DNA from: Eledone cirrhosa
Lineage: Eukaryota
NCBI GenBank assembly: GCA_964016885.1
Contig: OZ024741.1
Coordinates: forward strand, 168,578,001-168,642,000
Reading direction: 5' to 3'
DNA length: 64,000 nt
Shown: positions 34,855 through 47,987 of the stretch, one piece after another
How positions within the stretch are numbered: position 1 is the stretch's first letter
Layout of the letters: each line of letters begins with the position of its first letter
The notes under the pieces: model-generated
What the model saw: the letters and a program-made list of their open reading frames with translations, nothing else
What the model was told of the DNA's origin: nothing
Databases searched by the model: none
Program-made: the position numbers and the translations under genes

Positions 34855-35275
34855 CACATTGCTAAGTAGTAAGGGTGTTTGTCTCATGATTGTAAGGTTG
34901 TGGGTTTGACTCCCATTGATATCTTGTGGCCTCGAGCAAGTCACTTTATTTCATGTCCACTCAGCAAGAAAAAAATGATTTAAACATATATTTCAATAGG
35001 CCAGCCTTGTCACAGACTGTGTGATGCTGAATCTCCTTGAGAATTATTTTAAGGTTGCACATCCCTGTTGAATGGTCAGCCATTTCCACGATAATACAAG
35101 ATGGATTGTACCTGTATTTCAAATGACCAGTCTTCTCACACAATGTGTCACATTAAATCTCTCTGAGAAATATATCTATACATTTCAATAGAATACTCAA
35201 CCAATTTCATATTAATTTCATGAGCAGATATTACCATTGATCAAACAACTGATACACTCACCAGCAGAACCAATG
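34855..35275 (+). mobile_element. Old SINE with an internally duplicated tail; tail related to 28700-28990
   Basis: Degenerate tRNA head and CORE-like GAGCAAGTCACTT; repeated CCAGCCTTGTCACA..GAATCTCCTTGA unit. Confidence 0.5.
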
Positions 35276-35699
35276 AATATTTAATAAACACATTAGTTTA
35301 TTAAGATTTCGAATTTGCAGTGTTTTAGAATGTCAGAATGCTTTGCAGTAATCATTCCAGCTATCAACTTTGTTTTTCATCCTTTCATGATTAATAATTA
35401 AAGTACTAGTTCAATACTGGAGTCAATTCTTGTCTTTCTCCCTTCTCTCTTTCACCCTCTTTCCTCATGTCATATCGTTTTCTCTGGAAGAAATCAACTG
35501 TGATCAGATTTAGAATGCCTAAGACATACTGTATGTCACAATGAGGCTCCTACAACTCACAGGATTTAAGAGCCAACGGATGGTATTGTATTAGTTTATT
35601 GCCTTTCTGATGTGGTGAGTAGTGTATGACATAGATTTAAACTCTGTGATAACTGACTTAGCAGCTATTGCTTGATCTTTATATGGTGTTGTCATATTT

Positions 35700-36030
35700 C
35701 ATGGTGCATGGTTTAGTAGTTAGAGCATCGGGCTTACAATGGTGAGATTGCGAGTTCAACTCTTGGACCGGACTTTGTCCTGTGTTCTTGTGCAAAACAC
35801 TTAATTTCACGTTGCTCCAGTTCACTCAACTGCAGAAATGAGTTGCAACGTCACTGGTGTGAAGGTGTATCAGCCTTTGCCTTTCCCTTGGAGATCATCG
35901 GTGGCATGGAGACTGGTATGCATGGGCGAGTGCTGGTCTTCCACAAACAATGTTGTCCAGACTTGTGCCTTAGGGGGAAACTTTCTAGGTTCAAATCCCA
36001 TGGTAATTTGTGATCAAAAGGGGTCTTTAC
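35700..36030 (+). mobile_element. CORE-like tRNA SINE with a different 3' tail
   Basis: Head and core like 11343; the tail differs. Confidence 0.65.
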
Positions 36031-36491
36031 CCATATTTTCTGTGGCATGGATAACACAACTTCAAAAATGCATAAATAGTTCTTTACTTGTTTTATTTCA
36101 CGCAGTTATACATGTGTAACTATTTTACATACATATGAGAGTTATGCCTAATATTTCTGTTGTAATAATGAGAAAAATATTTTATGAAATTAAATGCACG
36201 ATTGCTTACAAACCCTCTTGATCAAATATCTAACACAAGGTGTCTGGCCTGGAAGCCAGTTTCCTCAAGGATGCTGGTATATTTCTATATAACATGGTGG
36301 CAGAATTAAGATCATTACATTTAACATTTCCTTACTTTATTCCTATCATCATAGCAAAAGGCCATGCTGGAACATTGCCTTAAAATATCCCTGCTTCAAT
36401 ATTTTCTATCAGATTAGAATTGTTTTACACCCCCAAACATATCCAAGATAAAAACATCTGGTGTTGTTTTGTTGTTGCTATTCTCTCTCTT

Positions 36492-36560
<69 letters not shown>

Positions 36561-36607
36561 GAGAGAGAGAGAGAAAGAGAGAGAGAGAAAGAGAGGCAGA
36601 TTGATAT

Positions 36608-36646
<39 letters not shown>

Positions 36647-38325
36647 CGGGGAAAATGGATGTTAAATGATGATGATGATATATATATACATATACATCTA
36701 TGCACACACACACATACACACATACACACACAAAAAAATACATATGAGGAAATGTTTGTGTCCGCTCATATAAATTCTTGTAACAGGGAACACTATATAT
36801 AGATATTGATTTGAAATTTAGTCCATTATAGTTAAGTACTTTTTCACGGAGGATTTTAATGTTGAAAAATAATTCTATTTGTGTCAGTAATTAAAGACTG
36901 AAGAAAATGGCTACCTTTTAAAAAAATGGTAGAATGATGTAGAAAGAAAAAGTTTTTTTGATTCTGCATTTTATGAATAATTTTCCTTAGATTATTATGG
37001 CATGTTAATGGATATACGCTGATCCTGTAGAAATTCCATGGTTTAAATATAAACAACCATAAAGTATGAAATATCAGTATGACATTTTAAGTGTTTTATT
37101 TATAAGTTATATAGATATATATACAAATATAATTGTTCAGGATTTAAGGAAAAGCATTTTTTCATTGCTGCCACTGCCACTGCCATGCTCTTATCATCTT
37201 CATTCCAGCATGACTGTTGCTTTACATGAAATATACAATAGATTAATATAATAAATGGTAAAAATAAGTTGTTATATGGATTGTAATAGGCACTTGCATG
37301 GCTGTGGGGTAATGAAATTTACTTCACGACCATGTAGTTTTGAGTTCAGTCCCACTGTATAGAACCTTGGGCAAGTGTCTTCTACATAGCCTCAGGTTGA
37401 TCAATGTCTTGTGGGTGGAATTTTATGTAGCGGGAAAATGCAGAAGACCTGTGTATATATATATATGTGTATATATGTATATCAAAATATATCTGTATAA
37501 ATACAGAGTGGGTTACCAAGGGTGCACCAATGTGTATATAAATATACACATATTTGACATGTAGGCAGCTAAACATGCCAGAAAATCTGAATTATTCTTT
37601 AAATTGAAAAAATATGTGTGTGTGTGTATTGGGGACGGTGTATTTATGTATATATATATATATAAGGGTTAAAATACTGGAGTGTGTTGGAGTTAAACAC
37701 CCTCTTGGTATTATAGAAATGACAGTAAAAGGTATAGCTCAATGTAGTTAAACAGAGCCGAAAAATTAAGAGAGTAAAACAAAGAAGCCTTCAATACATC
37801 AAAAGTCTTTATTAGCCGACAATGTTTCGTCCTATTAAGGACTCATCAGGGCAATTAAAACAACAAGAAGTAATATCGGCAGATACAAGCCGGAATCTCC
37901 GAAGAATATGGAGTGTACATAAACTGAAGTATTACAAAAATATATAATAAAAATATATGATAATAATTACTAAGGATGTATATAACATTAAGAACCATAT
38001 TACAAATATAGTCCAAAGCAAAAACTAGAGCTAGACAAAGGTGGTTATATAGAGCAGGAATTTTATATAATACAATATAACATACAATAATATACCTTTA
38101 CCAACATTAGAATCAAAAATTACAATAAAAATCAAAAGATACAATATGCATATGTATATATGTGCGCACACGTACACACACATACACATACAACAATACG
38201 CACATCCATCTTCCACTGCACAAATTAAACCTTATTAAGAATTTGAATATAAAAATAAGCATGGTAGGAATGAAAATAATAATAATAATAATACTAATAC
38301 ATCTACCCAATATACATGAGGTAAT

Positions 38326-38514
38326 AATTGTTTCTACTTTAGGCACAAGGCCAGCAATTACCCAGTGCATTACTGGTACTTTATTTTATCGACCCCGTAA
38401 GGATGAAAGGCAAAGTCAACCTCGGCGGGATTTGAACTCAGATCGTAAAGGGACGTAACTATGCTGGAAAGCATGGCGTCCGACCCTCTACCGATACTGC
38501 CAATCCACCGCCCT
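38326..38514 (-). mobile_element. Full-length young Nin/Deu-type SINE with a 16-bp TSD
   Basis: TSD TACATGAGGTAATAAT on both sides; A and B boxes intact. Confidence 0.92.
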
Positions 38515-39089
38515 TACATGAGGTAATAATATGATATAATTATAAGTAACACATATAATAATAAATAATACAATTATATACTATATAATACAATATAATA
38601 GAATAGATAATCTCCGGTTAATTTACACAAACAATATAGATGTCACAATAATAATATAATAATAATAACATTTACAATATACAATATACTAACATTTATC
38701 AATGTACTCAAGTTAACAAATCGGTTCATATTGGGTTACAGAGTAGGTGAGGAAAATTAAATAGTACAATACCTCAAAAAAACTTACAGAAGTAAAAACA
38801 TCTTAAATGATAGATATAGTTTAACAGATCATAATGTTACATATAATTAACGGTAAGTAATAAGGATCAATATTACAATAAAAAATACAATATAATATAT
38901 TATATAAAATAAATTAATACAATATAATATATAATTACTTATAATTACAAGGTTGGTAGACAGACATATATATGGATGAGTCAGTGAGTGCCAGACAGTG
39001 AAAATAATGCACAGTAGTATTATAATATAGAATAAAATAAATAAATAGATAGAATCAACATCTGCCGATATTACTTCTTGTTGTTTTAA

Positions 39090-39131
39090 TTGCCCTGATG
39101 AGTCCTTAATAGGACGAAACATTGTCGGCTA
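39090..39131 (+). ncRNA. Canonical minimal hammerhead ribozyme (identical copy at 37813-37854 on - strand)
   Basis: GCC-CUGAUGA-GUCC(uuaaua)GGAC-GAA-AC(auu)GU-C^GGC, with AAUAAA one nucleotide further on. Confidence 0.92.
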
Positions 39132-39409
39132 ATAAAGACTTTTGATGTATTGAAGGCTTCTTTGTTTTACTCTCTTAATTATATATATATATCATCATCA
39201 TCATCGTTTAACGTCCATCTTCCACGCTTGCATGGGTTTGGACGGGAGTTTTCCCACTTGAGGCAAGAGTGGTTATCTTGCTCGCATAGGACTGTCTGGC
39301 AGGTTTTCTACGGCTGGATGCCCTTCCTAACACCAACCACGTTTAGTGTATATAAATATATATATATATATATATATGATGCATGTAAGTATATGCCATG
39401 ATGATGATC

Positions 39410-40090
39410 ATCATCACTTTTAAGTCCATTTTACCATGCTTGCATAGGTTGGATGGGTCCTTTTCAGCACATCATCTCTCCACTCATTGCGTTCCTTCAT
39501 CATCTTGTCTGTGAGTCTCAATGATTTGAGATCAGCGCTTCACCACTTCCACTCAGGTTTTTCTTGGTCTACCTCTACAGTGCCTTCCTTCAACTGGGAT
39601 CTCCTGGCACTTATTCACTCAGCGATCATATTTGCTTCATTTCTCTACAACCTACATATGTCCTCTGCAGTCACTGCCCATATTTTACTATCATGCAGTA
39701 TCACACTTTGCACACAGGCATCATACAGTTGTCCTTTTGTATGTAGGGAGAAGCCTTTTGTAGTCAACAGTGTGAGTATCTCTCTAAACTTCGTCCATCT
39801 TATCCTCAGTGCATCTTTCTCCTGATAATTAATCAATTCTATGGATCCTCCATGTGATTGGAAAAGATTTATATCACTGACACTCTTCCTGTTGATCACC
39901 CTTGTGCATCTTTTACATGGTCTTCCTTTCCTGTTAGTCTGCCTGTACTCAAGATTTAAATTGTGTACATCGTATAGAGTTTATGCTTACTCCTTATCTA
40001 TAAATTGAGCAGTGCCACATCCCTTAAGGAATCAGGGTCCTGTCTTCTTTCCTACTTACTAGCACTTTAGTTTGGGATAAGCTTATTCTC
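39410..40090 (-). mobile_element. Degenerate RTE LINE 3' portion
   Basis: RWTKFREILTLLTTKGFSLHTKGQLYDACVQSVILH; homologous to 46723-47532. Confidence 0.8.
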
Positions 40091-40310
40091 AGCCCTTTTG
40101 ATTACAAATTCTGTTTATATGTACATATATATATATATATATCATCATCATATAGTACATCCCTGGTATGGCACTGTTGTAGTAACTGGCATTAATAATT
40201 GTATACATATATATATGTATATGTAGAAAATATCCATAGATGTGAAAAAGGGAAACGGAAAGCAGTGCTCAATCAGGGATGAGAGTTGATATATTATATT
40301 ATATTATTTA

Positions 40311-40496
40311 TTGGATTGGCAGTATCGGTAGAGGGTTGGACGCCATGCTTTGACGCATAGAGTTACGGCCCTTGCCATTCTGAGTTCAAATCCTGCCGAG
40401 GTTAACTTTGCCTTTCATCCTTATGGGGTCAATAAAATAAAGTACCAGTAATAGACTGGGATAATTGCTGGCCTTGTGCCAAAAGTAGAAACAATT
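40311..40496 (+). mobile_element. Nin/Deu-type SINE
   Basis: Same family as 3520-3703. Confidence 0.9.
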
Positions 40497-40650
40497 ATTT
40501 ATACATGGAACAAAAGCATTACCTAAGATTAAATCACAATTTTGATCTTACAATCTGGAGATGTGGTCAATAATGGGTCTTGAAGCATAGGTAGCACCTT
40601 TATTCCGTGTATGAACATTAATAAACAATATAATATAATATATATGTGTG

Positions 40651-40725
<75 letters not shown>

Positions 40726-41880
40726 ATGTGCGTCTGTCTGTGTCCTGTAACGTAACCATTTGACAAAAAAATTGAAAAACAAGAAACTGATAAAATAAGT
40801 TCCAGACTTGAAAAAATATGTACTGAAGTCCACATATGTATAGACCCATAACTCCTGTCTGGGAATGTTGATTTAAACCTAGCAGAACCCATCTCCTCTT
40901 CAGTATTGTTGCTTACATGATGGTGAAGTCATAGGGTACTATAGTATCATATGGTCTTGGGCATTTAAACCTGGTAGAGCCTACCTTCTCTATAAAAAGC
41001 TGGAATGAATACTGCAAAGCATACTATCTGGTGTACTAATGATTCTACTTCAATACATTTTCAAAGCTATTAGTAACAAGAGAGTGTCTGTATCTCAATA
41101 CAAAGGATTTTGTCCCTCCAAAGTGGTTTTTGCAGAGTTTTCTCCTGTAAAATTTCATTCAGAAAGCATCAGAAAACCCACTGCATACTATGATTATAAA
41201 TACAATTTAATCGAAGAAAACTCATACTCTTAACCATGATGTTTTTGTCTATTCACTGATATTTTGGATTTGACTTTTAAAATAGGTGATGATATTTTTT
41301 TTGATTTTGCCAAATTTTTTTTTCACAATTAAACAGCTGTTCACAACTTGGATAATCTTTTCTTTTTAAACTCATACTGATGCAATTCAATTTTTTGCTT
41401 AACCCTCTTTGTACTAATTTGGCCAAAAACAGATTTGGTTTTATGAAACAAAATCACCCATTTTAAAGAGTTCATATTTAAATAAAAGTCTTCTAACATA
41501 ATTTTATATAAGAATTATATGTGAAATTATTGTTAGTAATGAAATAATTAATAATTTTAGTAAATTCCTCAAAATTCATTGAGTTAATTAAAATAGATTG
41601 TATTTCATTAGAAATACAATCATAAAAGGGTTGAAGCTAATGCTACATGATATGCAGCTTCTTATGGGTAACATATCAGCAGAAGCAGTGGGCAAACACA
41701 GAGGCAGACAATGTTTTATACATACATAGACTATTTCCAAATATTCCGATGTTCTCCTGCAATTTACTGCTCCCAACATGTTTGCCGACATGTTTGCTGG
41801 ATTTTATATCAACATATTTCTCGTAAAGTTGTTTCTTTTCTGATCTACAATTATATATTTTACTTTATATTTCCTTTCAT

Positions 41881-42065
41881 TGCGGTGGATGGCAGTATCG
41901 GTAGAGGGTCGGACGCCATGCTTTCCAGCATAGTTACGTCCCTTTATGATCTGAGTTCAAATCCCGCCGAGGTTGACTTTGCCTTTCATCCTTACGGGGT
42001 CGATAAAATAAAGTACCAGTAATGCACTGGGTAATTGCTGGCCTTGTGCCTAAAGTAGAAACAAT
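41881..42065 (+). mobile_element. Nin/Deu-type SINE, full length
   Basis: Near-identical to 38326-38514. Confidence 0.9.
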
Positions 42066-42625
42066 CATTTCTTTATTGCTATATTTGCATTATTTGACTT
42101 CATTTGTTATTTTCCTTATAGGTATAAATTTACCTTCAGCTTTATTTCATTTATAAAAATTGAATGTCTACTCTCTAGGTTTCACAAACCATGTTTGTAA
42201 GTTGATATATTGTTATGATTATAAAAACAACTCTGACAGAAATTTTCAGTAAAAGAATGCACAACACTGGGTTGCTTAACAAAGTATATGAATTAGAAGA
42301 GGAAAGCCCACACAATATGTGGATGGACTTGGAAATAAAAGATTGCTACCAAGGGCTACTGGGTGATAGACTCTTGTTTTTAACAACAACAGAATTGTAC
42401 AAAGTAATAAAGTATTTCTGGGTGCTTTTGTTGATGAACCCACTGTAAAAATGTTTGTGGGAGATTTTAGTGATCTCTGGAAAGTATATAATGCATGATG
42501 GGTGAGCAAGAGTGTGAGGATTCTGATTTAACTTGACTAGTGGACTCCCACCTATGTGTGGGTCCGTAACTAAATGTTTTTAGATTTTTATATTATATCT
42601 TGTATTAATTATTGTGTATTTTGTA

Positions 42626-42878
42626 GAGTAGCATAGCTAGGAGAGGGTGAGGAGACTGTCTGCTCCAAGTGACACTTTTATGGGTGTGGGACTTTGGGGT
42701 CTGCTGTAGGCTGTAAGCATTCTTTTAATGCTGCAGCATAATATAATTGCACACAGACTATTTAATATATATATAACTTTACGATGGAGTCCCTGAGCAA
42801 TATGAATTTTTTGTTGGGGCCTGGAGGTGGAAAACTGAAGGGTTACCCTGGGTGGCACACACTCTAGCTACGTCACTG
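42626..42878. mobile_element. hAT-type MITE
   Basis: Imperfect TIRs gAGTAGCATAGCTAG / CTAGCTACGTCACTG; perfect 8-bp TSD ATTTTGTA on both sides. Confidence 0.8.
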
Positions 42879-44045
42879 ATTTTGTAATACGTTTATATTT
42901 ATTTCATTTTTTATTAAAGTTATCTCATATTGTATAATTTCATTGCCTCTACTCACCATTTATACAACTATATTTGTCCAGCCATCTATTGTAACTCCTA
43001 TGTTTATGATGCTTACTGCATTTTGCATACAAGCACTGGTGGCTGATAATGAAATCAATCATTATTACTACCATTTTATACCAAATAAAATGCTTTTCTT
43101 GGCTTCTGTCATATTTTCTTCCCATACATTTGTGACTGCTTTATAATCAACTTCTGTTGATATCTCTCCAACACTTGAATATAATTTTGTATATAGCCGA
43201 TGGATATCAGCACTAGCTAGACTATTATTCTACTGGTTTAAGTCACTTGAAGTACAGCCAAACTGGAGCTCCATATTTAGAAGAAAAACTTTTTTCTTTA
43301 TACTTAGAGTATATCACACACAATAATTTCAGACAATAATATGAAAACTATATTTAATACAAATAATTCCTCCTTTTCCCACCTCCCTATCATCATCGTC
43401 GTCATCATCATCATGACCATCATCATCATCATCATCATCACCATTATTTTATGTCCATTTTTCCCTGCTAGCATGTGTTGGAATACTTATTGAATATTAA
43501 GCATGTCTTTTACTTTTTTGCTTGATCCAACTCACGAGCTGCAGTCATTATGGACCATTATTGCCACACTTTCTATAGCCATCTTTTCTTGGTTGGTCAT
43601 TGATAAATTGTGGAGTGGCTGTGTGTAGCACACTAAGAATGGAAAGTGGGTGTGTGCAAATGGGAGAGTATTATCACAGAAAGAGAGACTCCAGGTTCAG
43701 TGATATTGGATGAGAAGGTTTCAAAGGTCGTCTATAAGCTCATACTGTTGATGTTGTTTTTGTGGTGGGCATAGGGTTGTTGTGGTTGTGTGGGATCATA
43801 TTCGTTTAGTTGATAAATTGCATTGTTTTAATTAATTAGTAATATTGGTTTACATTCATTAGTCAGTTGTGTTTGTATGGAAGTGTTAATCTTTCTGTCA
43901 TGTTGGTTTAGTTAATTGGCTGTGTTACCATAGTTAGTCGGTCACTCCAGTATATATATATATATATAACAAAGGAGATGTGGTAAGGAACAAGATGGAC
44001 CATAACACACCAGAGTACTCGATACTTAAGGTAGTAGAGTGGGTA

Positions 44046-44162
44046 ATAGGAAAATGTATGACCCCAACGGCAGAGCTCAAGCCGTTTCGACGGCTATTTC
44101 TAGTCCAGAAATAGCTGTCAAAACGGCTTGAGATCTGCCGTCGGGGTGATACATTTTCCTAT
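44046..44162. repeat. GC-balanced near-perfect hairpin, about 55-bp arms, 5-nt loop, between TA tracts
   Basis: GGAAAATGTAT..GGCTATTTCT agtcc AGAAATAGCTG..ATACATTTTCC. Confidence 0.9.
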
Positions 44163-44467
44163 ATATATATATATATATATTGTAAATAGTTAGTGCCCAA
44201 TGGCTGAGCTTGTGCCCTTTTGACAGAGAATGGATAACTGAACTATTTGTTCATTTTAGGCTATTTCTAAACGCTATCTCTTCAAGGGTCTTAATTTAAT
44301 TGACATGTGGGGTAAGTAGAGAAATGGGTGAAGTAGTGGTTGGGAAGGAGGGGAAGGTTACGAATTCAATGTTTTTTTGAGGGAGAAAGGGGGAGCCTTT
44401 TGCCGATAGTCTCAGAGTCGTGACGGATCTGCCTGTTGTGGTGTATCTGTTTCTGTATGTGTGCATG

Positions 44468-44962
44468 TGCCTGAACTGGAACTTTGATTTATGTAATAAT
44501 ACATAAATTATAGTTCTATCCCAGGCATGCGTGTGCACATACAAACACTGTGCAACAGGCAGACACCTTGCAACTTCAAGACTACCTGCTCAAAAGCCAC
44601 CACCCCAAAAAAATTCACTCCATGACCTTCCCCATCCTCCTCCAAAAAAAAATTCACTCCATGACCTTCCCCATCCTCCTCCAATATATATATATATATA
44701 TTGGAGGAGGATGGGGAAAGTCATGGAGTGAATTTTTTGGGGGTGGGGGCTTTTGAGCAGGTAGTCTTGAAGTTGCAAGGTGTCTGCCTGTTGCACAGTG
44801 TTTGTATGTGCACACGCATGCCTGGGATAGAACTATAATTTATGTATTATTACATAAATCAAAGTTCCAGTTCAGGCAATATATATATATTGGAGGAGGA
44901 TGGGGAAGGTCATGGAGTGAATTTTTTTGGGGTGGGGGCTTTTGAGCAGGTAGTCTTGAAGT
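44468..44962. repeat. Inverted duplication centred on a (TA)n (44468-44683 / 44701-44878) plus a third partial copy at 44890-44962
   Basis: Direct reading; near-perfect identity. Confidence 0.9.
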
Positions 44963-45056
44963 TATATATATATATATATAAGTAAACAAGGTATTGTTTT
45001 AATACTTAGAATAAACCCTACTGTATAGCTGGTCTGTGTTATTCTTCACTCCTTTA

Positions 45057-45104
<48 letters not shown>

Positions 45105-45329
45105 CAAAAGGACAAACAAACAAATAGAGGATTCAATAGTACATAGTGTTATTAGCTTCATGCTTGGTGAGAGCGGGCATGTATGCTTATGTATATATAT
45201 TCTGCAAAAATGTCTACATGTAGGAGAAAGGAAAGAGTGCTCTATCTAGTGAAAGAGAAAAAATCTATTAAGATTCATACATCTAACTTGTATTTATCAT
45301 AATATGTATATATATATGTATATATATAC

Positions 45330-45955
45330 ACCTTAAAATGCGTAAACCGAGACAATAACATAACCACCACCGTCTTGGCTACCGAACACACAATAGGCAT
45401 GCTGAGAATTAAGGAAGCCCTCTTGATCAAGTGACTAAAACCTGCGATCAATAATCTAATGTAAAAAAGTGCCTCAGAATGGCTAATTTAACTTATCCAA
45501 CATAATTACACCATCTTTCCAACATCCCAGCTGCCCGTTCTAAGGAACATCTGAGTTGACATGAATAATGCTAACAGCATAAATATCTGGAAGCAATTAA
45601 GGAGTGTGCCTGAGACAAATAAACGAAGAAATGTCACAGATCAACTACACACATACACCTTTTACTCCCTCACCCTGAAATCTATGTTACTCACTACACA
45701 TACACACTTGCAGCCACACACACACACATGCATATATCATATACATACTCACATTAAACTCTAAGGTTTTCATTTATTCATTCAAATTAAATCTCTGTTC
45801 CTCATTACACATACAGTCAACCACAGATACATTTATCATACACATATTCTCACATGCCTCTTCCTGCACACACACACAAAACTTTAAATTTTAACATCTT
45901 TTTCATACATTTAAATTAAATCTGCCAGCCAAAAACAACTCTTCTTTGATTACAT
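45330..45955 (+). mobile_element. 3' end of a Penelope-type PLE (GIY-YIG C-terminus + 3' region)
   Basis: LKCVNRDNNITTTVLATEHTIGMLRIKEALLIK*LKPAINN aligns with the end of ORF 6904..7983. Confidence 0.7.
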
Positions 45956-46020
45956 ATTATATATATATAATATATATATAGATGTATACTTTATATATAT
46001 ATATTATATATATATTATAT

Positions 46021-46560
46021 ATATATAGATGTATACTTTATATATATATATATACAGTATATATAACAAAGTGTTGTAGTTTGCGTGAAGCATTGTGGAA
46101 TAAGAAATACAAATTTAAATAAGTTTAGATATTTGGAAGCCCGACAATATATGCAAGAGTAAAGGTGCCAAGGTAATAGGAGTTATACAAAATAAAAGGA
46201 CTGAGAAATGAGTGAGAATGGTAGAACTTTACCATTACAATTTTATTGATCTCAAATATTTTCAGATTTAAAATGCAGATCTGTGTATATTTTTTAATAC
46301 CTAAACACAGATCTGCATTTTAAATCTGAAAATATGTGAGATCAATAAAATTGTAATGGTAAAGTTCTACCATTCTCACTCATTTCTCAGTCCTTTTATT
46401 TTGTATAACTCCTATTACCTTTTGCATATATTGTTGGGCTTCCAAATATCTAAACTTATTTAAATTTGTATTTCTTATTCCACAATGCTTCACGCAAACT
46501 ACAACACTTTGTTATATATACTGTATATACATATATATAAAGTATACATCTATATATATA
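46021..46560. repeat. Large fold-back, about 260-bp arms with a 17-18-nt spacer, TA-flanked
   Basis: 46021-46286 is the reverse complement of 46304-46560 apart from a few substitutions and one indel. Confidence 0.92.
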
Positions 46561-46682
46561 ATATATATATATAAAGTATACATCTATATATATATAATAT
46601 ATATATTATATATATATATATAAAGTATACATCTATATATATATAATATATATATAATATATGTATATATATATATATATAT

Positions 46683-47960
46683 ATGGAAGCATGGCCTAGA
46701 ATCAAAAGGCCTTAAAATTAACTTGTCTAAGACTAAAGTGCTAGTATGTAGGAAGGAAAATAGAGCCCTGGTCCCCTCTGGAAAATGGCCATGCTCAGTG
46801 TGTAGAAAAGGAGTAGGCAGAAACTCCATTTTATGTCCCAAATGCAAAGTATGGGTGCATAAAAGATATAGTGGGATCACAGGTAAGGTAACTAAGAATA
46901 TAGATTTTATATGTGGCCGGTCCTCTGGTGCAATAAGTAGCAGCAAGTGCCCACAGAATACTAGCTCATTCCATTGCACAGATGGTTCTATAGAAATAGT
47001 GGATACCTTCCGTTACCTGGGTGACAAACTCAGCAGTGGTGGAGGGTGCTCTGAAAGTACAGTAGCTAGAGTCAGAACGGGATGGAAAAAGTTCAGAGAG
47101 CTTATACCACTATTAGCCGCTAAAGGGTTCTCTCTAAAAATGAAAGGCAGGCTGTATGATGCCTGCATACGAACAGCAATGCTGCATGGAAGTGAGACCT
47201 GGGCATTGTGTGCAGAAGATATACACAGACTTGAGAGGAACGAAGCTTGCATGCTCCGCTGGATGTGTAATAGTAATACACATGAACAGCAAAGCATAAA
47301 TGAACTAAGTGAGAAATTAGGAATAAGAGAGATCAGATGCTGTTTACTCGAGAGAAGACTACGTTGGTATGGTCACGTGATGCGCATGAAAGACGACAGC
47401 TGTATAAAAAAGTGCAGGGCGATCGAAATAGACGGTAGCCACGGAGTAGGCAGGCCCAGAAAAACATGGGACGACTTGATAAATTCCGACCTCACACACT
47501 TACACCTCTCCAAGACAATGTCACTGTACTGAGATCTTTGGCGTTATGCAGTAATACAGAAGACCCGCCTTGCCTAAATACAAAGCGAAACCTACAGTCA
47601 GTAGGCACCTCTTAACAAAAATACTCCCCTCTCCCACTACCCTCACCCCATCCACACCACCCCTTTCGATGTAAATTATGTTGGTACCACAACATCCAAT
47701 CCTAAATAAATGAGGTCGTGTAGGTGTGACGACAAAAAAACACACAGTCCACGCTGTAATGTGGCCGTGTAGGTAACACGGTAAAAACCTCCCAGTTCCA
47801 CACTGTAAACGTGGTTGGTGTTAGGAAGGGCTTCCAGCCATAGAAAACCCGCCAGACAGTCCTATACGAGCAAGACAACCAATCTTGCCTCAAGTGAGGA
47901 AATTCCCGTCCAAACCCATGCTAGCGTGGAAGATGGACGTTAAACGACCACGATGATGAT
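46683..47960 (+). mobile_element. 5'-truncated RTE LINE: RT C-terminus with a PHD-like insertion, 3' UTR and (GAT)n tail
   Basis: GLKINLSKTKVL-[CSVC..CPKC..H..]-FRYLG..RTGWKKFREL..MLHGSETW..RRLRWYGHVMR..GRPRKTW; TA-flanked. Confidence 0.9.
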
Positions 47961-47987
47961 ATATATATATATATATATATATATAAC

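Larger units (their letters stand above)
37664..39180 (-). mobile_element. Non-coding PLE derivative with a perfect 121-bp inverted repeat (37764-37884 / 39060-39180), each arm with a canonical hammerhead
   Basis: TA-flanked; no ORF; a SINE is inserted inside. Confidence 0.8.

Noticed and set aside
41590-42510. Possible host exons in less repetitive stretches (also about 20800-21000 and 30480-30560)
   Set aside because: No recognisable protein motif or convincing splice pair with an open frame; RNA-seq or a homology search would be needed.
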